Below, piece by piece: positions 31,781 to 37,171 of a DNA stretch of 37,171 nucleotides. The stretch's first letter is position 1. Each line of letters opens with the position of its first letter. The stretch lies in the IMG/VR virus record IMGVR_UViG_3300046103_001182. One strand, 5' to 3'. The position numbers were made by a program, and so were the translations under genes. Source of the DNA: a virus. The notes beneath the pieces are model-generated. The model did no database searches. It had not been told where the DNA came from and was given only the letters and a program-made list of their open reading frames with translations.

Positions 31781-33493
31781 ATGCCTACAAAAATTATTAC
31801 AAAGAACAGTCAGACAACCTCGGCTGCTCCAGCAGTTTCTGACCTTGTTTCTGGAGAGCTTGCAGTCAACGCAGTAGACGGAACATTATGGGTAGGCACT
31901 GGGTCAGCAACAGGTCAGCCTAGCTCTGCTGTAAAGTCCATCAATAATTTTCCAGAAGGTATAAAAAGCACTGGCGCTGGCGCGTTAGATTATACAGATG
32001 CAGGTGGATGGTCTGGTACTGATACTGCTGGCAGTTTCCCCCTTAGAAGTGGCAGTAGCGCATTCCCTAATAAGCCGTCAGGAGAGGCTATCTTCTTGCT
32101 CAGTACTGGTCAGAGCAACCCGCAGGGCTACGAACCAGCCACTGTACAGTTCCCAGTGAATGCTAATGTATTCGACTACGAAACTGCTGTAGGAGCATCG
32201 GGCGCACAAAGTACTAATCCATTTAATTTCTCTTGGCGTAATCCTAACCCTAGCGAAACTGCAATAAATGACCCTCCACTGGGGGGTCTTGTTGGATATG
32301 TAGGCTACATGCGCGGAAACACAGGCCATCAGGCTATGGCGTGTGCTAACGCACTTCAGGTAGCTACAGGTCGTGATGTTTACGTTTTGTCTATCTGTCA
32401 GGGCGCAGCGGGAATACGTTGGTGGGAAGCAGGACCTTTGGGGGTTGTCAAGGCTTTGCTTGAGTCGTTCGTTCCTTATGTTCTCGCTAACACGCCTGCA
32501 CTGGCAAACATCTCTTCTCCTGACGTTCTAATGTGGGGACAGAGTGAAACTAACGCTGATCCATATTTTACTCCTTTCGATGGCCCACAGGGAAGTGCGT
32601 ACTTGCCACCTAAAGACTACGTTACACGCTGGCAGGCTGTTCAAGAATCTGGTTACATTGAAGATTTCCCCACTACAGGTTGGAGGAGCAAAGACACTTT
32701 AACAATGCTCACAGAGCCTACTCAGAAAGTTAACTGGGGGCCAAGAGACACACCAGGAACCGAGTACCGTTGGGATGGGATGAATGCAGTTGCACGTTAC
32801 ACCAGTGATGCGACTAAGCTAGTTAGCAGTATGCACCTGCCTCTAGATGCAAATGGAGTTGGAACGGCTGATGTCCATTACTCAGGTAACGGTAACAACC
32901 AGTATGGGGAGCGAATAGCAAAAGCAATACTTGGTGAAGTCACCGCTATGAGTCCTGCAAGTCAAGAGCTACAACGAGAGACTTTGCCCATTTTAGGCGG
33001 CAACTTAAACACTAATGGCAAAAGCCTTGTGAACGGGGCGGTAACGGCCACTATGCCTACAGCTAGCGGTGCTTTAGTCACTACGGGGATGTCTCAAGCT
33101 GGCGTGTTTGGAAATCGTTTGCTTGGGGCGGTTACTAGCAATAACAATGTCTGGATAAATATTGCTGTTATAACTATAACTGGCAACTCTGCAAGCACAC
33201 AAAGTTTGACTGGGCTTGCAACTCTTGAGTCTTTTGTAGTTAATACTAAGGTATCAACTTGCCAGTTAATGAGTATAAGTCTTTATCCCTTCCCGCTATT
33301 AAGCCTAGTAATTGGAACATCAAGCGCACCTTTAGGCTCCGTAGGGACTGTTTCTACTGGCATAGTTGCGCCAGAAGTAAGAGTCGTGGCGAACGCTTAC
33401 GGCTTGGTTGTTCAGGTGCGGGGGCCGACATCAACTGTTGGGGATATAAAGCACAGGCTAACTTATGATTACAACGATGTAAGTGGACTCTAA
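31781..33493 (+). CDS. Tail fibre/spike protein with SASA (sialate O-acetylesterase)/SGNH-like esterase core
   Basis: N-terminal fibre-type motif SGELAVNAVDGTLWV; LLSTGQSNPQG (GQSN block); VLMWGQSETNA (W-x-Q-x-E block); ADVHYSGNGNNQYGERIAKAI (D-x-H ... G-x-R-x-A block). Confidence 0.65.
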   Translation: MPTKIITKNSQTTSAAPAVSDLVSGELAVNAVDGTLWVGTGSATGQPSSAVKSINNFPEGIKSTGAGALDYTDAGGWSGTDTAGSFPLRSGSSAFPNKPSGEAIFLLSTGQSNPQGYEPATVQFPVNANVFDYETAVGASGAQSTNPFNFSWRNPNPSETAINDPPLGGLVGYVGYMRGNTGHQAMACANALQVATGRDVYVLSICQGAAGIRWWEAGPLGVVKALLESFVPYVLANTPALANISSPDVLMWGQSETNADPYFTPFDGPQGSAYLPPKDYVTRWQAVQESGYIEDFPTTGWRSKDTLTMLTEPTQKVNWGPRDTPGTEYRWDGMNAVARYTSDATKLVSSMHLPLDANGVGTADVHYSGNGNNQYGERIAKAILGEVTAMSPASQELQRETLPILGGNLNTNGKSLVNGAVTATMPTASGALVTTGMSQAGVFGNRLLGAVTSNNNVWINIAVITITGNSASTQSLTGLATLESFVVNTKVSTCQLMSISLYPFPLLSLVIGTSSAPLGSVGTVSTGIVAPEVRVVANAYGLVVQVRGPTSTVGDIKHRLTYDYNDVSGL

Positions 33494-33904
33494 ATGGGCA
33501 TCGCTACAGCTATTGTAGGCTCACTTATAGACCCCGTGTCAGACCTGCTTTCTGAGTTCATCGTAGACAAGGATAAGCAGGCAGAAATATCGTACAAGAT
33601 AGCAACAATGGCTGAACAAAACGCCCACGCGCAAGTGGTAGCCCAGCTTGAAATCAACAAAGCTGAAGCCTCCAGCGAGTCTCTCTTTAAGGGCGGCTGG
33701 AGGCCAGCTTGCGGCTGGCTCACGGTATTCGCTCTCGGCATCAACTACGTTGTGATACCAATGGCTGGACCCGTTGTAGAGGCTTACACGCCAATCAGCA
33801 TGGAGCCATTGGATATGACTGTGATGCTGCCTCTGCTAATGGGTATGCTTGGCTTGACAGGCGCAAGGACACTAGAGAAGACTAAAGGAGTGGCATCTCG
33901 ATGA
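33494..33904 (+). CDS. Holin, 3-TM GTA-holin family (DUF3154-like)
   Basis: The DKDKQAE...QLEINKAEASSESLFKGGWRPACGWL signature is followed by hydrophobic helices. Confidence 0.7.
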   Translation: MGIATAIVGSLIDPVSDLLSEFIVDKDKQAEISYKIATMAEQNAHAQVVAQLEINKAEASSESLFKGGWRPACGWLTVFALGINYVVIPMAGPVVEAYTPISMEPLDMTVMLPLLMGMLGLTGARTLEKTKGVASR

Positions 33905-34176
33905 GCGACCAGTTTGATTACGAAGGAAAAGATGGGTTAGCAAGGGACTTAGCTAAACTAAAATCAGAGTTTAAGTACCTATACGCCCCCGCTATGAAAG
34001 GTCCGTGGCAAGAACTAAAAGACGCTTCCTTTAAAGATAAAATACATAAGGTTACAAATCTTCATGTCGAAAGCGCAAGGGCTGCACCTTATTTTTGGGG
34101 TCATGTGACAATGATTTCATCTGTTATTAACTTAGTGTGCGTAGGCGCACTTGTTGTATGTCTTCTAGGAACTTAG
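33901..34176 (+). CDS. C-terminally membrane-anchored protein (lysis-cassette candidate)
   Basis: 91-aa ORF with ATGA overlap and a C-terminal TM helix, MISSVINLVCVGALVVCLLG. Confidence 0.55.
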   Translation: MSDQFDYEGKDGLARDLAKLKSEFKYLYAPAMKGPWQELKDASFKDKIHKVTNLHVESARAAPYFWGHVTMISSVINLVCVGALVVCLLGT

Positions 34177-34385
34177 CCGTGACTCCCGCTAGTCAAGCAG
34201 GAAAAGCTGTAGAAGTTGCAGTAGGCAGCTCTCAACCAGTAATTTATGGGGTTGCGGCAGGCACAATATTTGGAATTCAGTTTAACGAGTGGATTATGAT
34301 AGGGTCAGCAATACTTCTTGTTTTAAATCTAGGTCTTTCGGTTTCGAGAATTATTACGCTATACCGAACAAAAAGGGACGTTTAA
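34158..34385 (+). CDS. Small membrane protein (lysis-cassette candidate)
   Basis: ATG 34158 lies in frame within track ORF 34137..34385. It has two hydrophobic segments and overlaps the previous gene by 19 nt. Confidence 0.5.
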   Translation: MSSRNLAVTPASQAGKAVEVAVGSSQPVIYGVAAGTIFGIQFNEWIMIGSAILLVLNLGLSVSRIITLYRTKRDV

Positions 34386-34389
34386 CATT

Positions 34390-37171
34390 ATGGAACAAGA
34401 CTCAGGAATGCTTAAATCTCTTATTACTGGAAAAACATGGCGCAGCATGAATGATGCTGAAAAAGCAGCTCATGTCTTAGGGCGAGGAGAAAATACGGCA
34501 GGGTACAATACAGAAGCAGGGCAGGCATGGCTAGATGCAAATGTAGGTTCTTCTCAAGACCAAATTAACTTGTTTGTTGCAGCAAGAGATGCGGCAGGAG
34601 AAAGAATTAAGGGGGGAACTTTTAATCAACAGAATGACCCCGCAGCAGTTGCTTTAGCATCCCGTTTAGCACAGGCAGCCCAACCCGCATATAACAACCC
34701 ATCCGAATTTGGGGGCGTAGGCACAAGTGGAAAAGCTACTTTAGGCATAAACTACAGAAACCCTGTTGATACGGGTAAGTTTGGGAACACTATCGCCGCC
34801 CCAGAAAAAGCATTTTCTAACGGGTTACAAACAACAGGTGCATGGGATAACAGAGAAGGATGGACCTTATATAACCCGGAAACACGAAAGTTTGAGAACT
34901 ACGCAGATCAGGGGCGTGCGTCAGGGAGGAATCCCTTTACTCCTGGTAACGGAAACACAGGTTATTACCAGACAGCAGACGGTACAACAGTATTGGGCTT
35001 CCTTCCTTCTGAATCCACACAGGTTGATGACGGCACAGGAAGCGGTACTGTATCCGTATCTGCTACTTCACCTCTTACAAAACAAGAGCTGGCAATAGGA
35101 ACAAATATGTGGTCAAAAGCTCTTAGCACTCCTGAGGCTAAAGCACAAATGACACAATGGGCCAAGGCTAATCCTAATGACCCCAGAGCCCAAAAAATAC
35201 TAAACGCTTCCATGGCAAACGCCATGTGGTCAAACGCTTTAAATACTCCTGAGGGTAAGGCATCCATGGTTGCATGGGCCAAGGCTAACCCTAATAACCC
35301 CACAGCCCAAGAAATACTAGTTGGGTCAGCACCTGCATTATTTACAGGCACTTACTCTGACGCTACTGATATTATCAGAGAGTCTTCTAATATATTCCAC
35401 TCCGATAACAGGGGCAACGACCGCAGCGTTGAGCTTGACGGAGTTCTTTCAACCGAGTCTTTTCAGACGGCCTATGTCAATGGCCTCAGGACTGAGCCTA
35501 ACACTAACCCACAAGAATTTTTTAATAGTGTACACACGATGTTTGCCCTTGACCCTGAAGAATTCAAAAGATGGCAGTCAAACCCAGAAAACAGGGACAT
35601 GGCAGTACGTTTTCATGCTATGGCTGCGACTGATAGCTTCAGTGCCAATGGCTATAATTGGGGTGAAGAAAAATGGTCAAAGAAAAAGCACCAAGAATAC
35701 GCTGATGTTTTAGGTAACGAAATTAGAAAAGATTTAGGTTGGGGTGATGAGTACGAGCGTGACGGAAGCATGATTGCTACGAATTATAGCGGTAATGTTA
35801 GCAAAGACGTTAATAACCCACAAAGCGGTGGCGATTTTTGGAAGATAGGAACACCAGAAAAAGTTACTGACGGTGTGCGAAACTTTGTTAAGGATAACCC
35901 TGTAAAGTCAGCAGCTATTCTTGCGGCTATAGCGTTTGCTCCCTACGCCCTAGGACAAGTAGCAACGGCAGCAACGGCAGCAACGGCAACAACAGCAGCA
36001 ACAACAGCAGCAGCAGCAACGGGTTTAACAGGCGTAATGGCAGGTATTGTACCTGCGGGGTTTGCATTACCCGCTGCTGTAGGAGTCTACACGGCAGGCA
36101 CACAAATAGGAACGCAGCTTCTTAGTGGAGAAAAAATTGATTTAAAGGCAGCCTTAACAACGGGGGCTATTTCAGCCGCTACTGCGGGTCTTGTTCAATG
36201 GGGTACAACAGAGCTTGTAAATATATCAAACGGTGCATTATCCGTTGATAACGCACAGCGCGTTGTTGGCGTAACTTTAGAAACACTAAAGAACGGAGGT
36301 GACCCTGTAGCTGCTATTAGTCAGTCTTTGCTAAACGAAGGTATAAATATTGCTAGGGGAGCCGTAGGAAACTTTGTATCTGGGTTTGGAACTGAGGCCG
36401 CGAGCTTAGATTTTCCTGATGGGTTTGGGCCTGCTGCTGGTATGCCCACAATGGCACAAGAAATGGCGTCAGGAGGAGGAGGACTTCAAGCTGGCGGTTT
36501 TAACCCCTTTGGTGATATTGCAAACACCGACCCTACTAATTCACCAGTAAATTTAGATGATTTAGATATTTTTACTGATACAACTAACACAACTAACACA
36601 ACTAGCCCTACTGTTTATGATGACCCTACACAGCAGCTAATAACAGACTTGGGTAACGGAACGTCAGGCGTCCTTACATCTAGTGGTCTTTCACAACCAA
36701 GACCTACGGTGCCCATTGATTCAGCTACATCGTTAAGTGATTTTGATATTTTTAACGATACGGCGACTGGTTTAAATCAACCCCCGACAATAGAAACTAG
36801 GAATTATAATGGAACAATAGACGCTGAAACAACTAGCAATATGTCTTACGATGAGTTTGAGACTGTTTTAGACGGACTCGCAGACAACGGTTACCCCCTT
36901 ACGGACACAGACGGAGAATACTTAGCTCCAGACGAGAACTATACGCTTAATGACGGGGACCAGTATTGGACTAGAACATCCGAAGCACAGCCCGAAACCA
37001 TTTTTAATGATACAGTAAACGAAAACTTTACTGGAGGCCAAGGCACTGGAGGCCAAGGCACTGGAGGCCAAGGCACTGGAGGCCAAGGCACTGGAGGCCA
37101 AGGCACTGGAGGCCAAGGCACTGGAGGCCAAGGCACTGGAGGCCAAGGCACTGGAGGCCAAGGCACTGGAG
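34390..37171 (+). CDS. N-terminal part (927 codons, no stop in the window) of the junction-spanning giant repeat-containing virion protein
   Basis: Hand translation of frame +1 from ATG 34390 to the window end found no stop. Frame anchors were checked at 34801, 35401, 36001, 36601 and 36901. It ends in (TGGQG)n, in phase with base 1. Confidence 0.8.
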   Translation, partial: MEQDSGMLKSLITGKTWRSMNDAEKAAHVLGRGENTAGYNTEAGQAWLDANVGSSQDQINLFVAARDAAGERIKGGTFNQQNDPAAVALASRLAQAAQPAYNNPSEFGGVGTSGKATLGINYRNPVDTGKFGNTIAAPEKAFSNGLQTTGAWDNREGWTLYNPETRKFENYADQGRASGRNPFTPGNGNTGYYQTADGTTVLGFLPSESTQVDDGTGSGTVSVSATSPLTKQELAIGTNMWSKALSTPEAKAQMTQWAKANPNDPRAQKILNASMANAMWSNALNTPEGKASMVAWAKANPNNPTAQEILVGSAPALFTGTYSDATDIIRESSNIFHSDNRGNDRSVELDGVLSTESFQTAYVNGLRTEPNTNPQEFFNSVHTMFALDPEEFKRWQSNPENRDMAVRFHAMAATDSFSANGYNWGEEKWSKKKHQEYADVLGNEIRKDLGWGDEYERDGSMIATNYSGNVSKDVNNPQSGGDFWKIGTPEKVTDGVRNFVKDNPVKSAAILAAIAFAPYALGQVATAATAATATTAATTAAAATGLTGVMAGIVPAGFALPAAVGVYTAGTQIGTQLLSGEKIDLKAALTTGAISAATAGLVQWGTTELVNISNGALSVDNAQRVVGVTLETLKNGGDPVAAISQSLLNEGINIARGAVGNFVSGFGTEAASLDFPDGFGPAAGMPTMAQEMASGGGGLQAGGFNPFGDIANTDPTNSPVNLDDLDIFTDTTNTTNTTSPTVYDDPTQQLITDLGNGTSGVLTSSGLSQPRPTVPIDSATSLSDFDIFNDTATGLNQPPTIETRNYNGTIDAETTSNMSYDEFETVLDGLADNGYPLTDTDGEYLAPDENYTLNDGDQYWTRTSEAQPETIFNDTVNENFTGGQGTGGQGTGGQGTGGQGTGGQGTGGQGTGGQGTGGQGTGGQGTG
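35107..35322. repeat. Tandem duplication (117-bp period) encoding two copies of a 32-aa module
   Basis: MWSKALSTPEAKAQMTQWAKANPNDPRAQKIL versus MWSNALNTPEGKASMVAWAKANPNNPTAQEIL (22/32 identical). Confidence 0.85.
37030..37171. repeat. Perfect tandem repeat, 15-bp unit ACTGGAGGCCAAGGC x9.5, identical to bases 1-142
   Basis: Read directly. Confidence 0.98.

Noticed and set aside
34766-35713. ORFs 34766..35098 (+), 35321..35713 (+) and 34965..35351 (-)
   Set aside because: All lie inside the continuous frame +1 giant ORF, in other frames or on the other strand. The minus-strand ORF mirrors the 117-bp duplication.
36922-37166. Two minus-strand ORFs reading (ASSAL)n and (PWPPV)n
   Set aside because: These are antisense readings of the 15-bp tandem repeat, artefacts of repeat periodicity. 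The sense frame is continuous with a 927-codon ORF.
1-37171. tRNA genes, an integrase/repressor lysogeny module and a phage RNA polymerase
   Set aside because: I saw none. No tRNA-like T-arm (GGTTCGAATCC type) was noticed, and no ORF carries recognisable integrase or single-subunit RNA polymerase motifs. These are by-eye negatives only; tRNAscan-SE and profile searches should confirm them.

Overview
The window appears to be a complete, circularly closed (or terminally redundant) podovirus-type phage genome of about 37 kb, not a piece of a bacterial chromosome. The first 142 nt and the last 142 nt are the same perfect 15-bp tandem repeat in the same reading phase. One giant gene, absent from the ORF track, runs off the 3' end at 37171 and re-enters at base 1.

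The genome has two arms that diverge from a repeat-rich control region at about 24.4-25.2 kb.

- **Leftward arm (minus strand, 24380 down to 11528).** It holds small, translationally coupled early genes and a T7-like replisome: gp4-like primase-helicase, gp2.5-like SSB, family A DNA polymerase, Cas4-like PD-(D/E)XK nuclease and endonuclease I. It also carries an HNH endonuclease, a DUF3310 protein and a ribonucleotide reductase with no NrdB partner, which suggests class II.
- **Rightward arm (plus strand, 25171 through the junction to 11415).** It encodes small and large terminase, portal, scaffold and major capsid. These are followed by a tail fibre with an SASA/SGNH esterase-like core, a GTA-type 3TM holin, the giant repeat protein, a run of virion/ejection proteins, an M15 peptidoglycan peptidase and a beta-helix protein.
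- **Convergence point.** The arms meet at face-to-face terminators at about 11.45-11.53 kb.

I recognise no phage RNA polymerase, integrase or tRNA. Near-consensus sigma70 promoters suggest the phage depends on the host RNA polymerase. Gene content (T7-like replisome without RNAP, probable class II RNR, GTA-family holin) resembles marine Rhodobacterales podoviruses of the SIO1/cobavirus type. That placement is inference only.

The most interesting signals are:

- Three perfect, 11-bp-phased DnaA boxes embedded in iterons between the divergent promoters.
- An acyl-carrier-protein-like gene.
- A GC/CpG-enriched, coupled cassette containing a C5-methyltransferase-fold protein that lacks the glycine-rich SAM loop, next to a Cys-triad protein.
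- Hidden micro-ORFs below the ORF-track cutoff, one of them ArfA-like.
- A shared C-terminal -EF tail on three replication proteins.
- Perfectly repeated in-frame coding minisatellites.

All family assignments come from motif recognition by eye. No database search was run.
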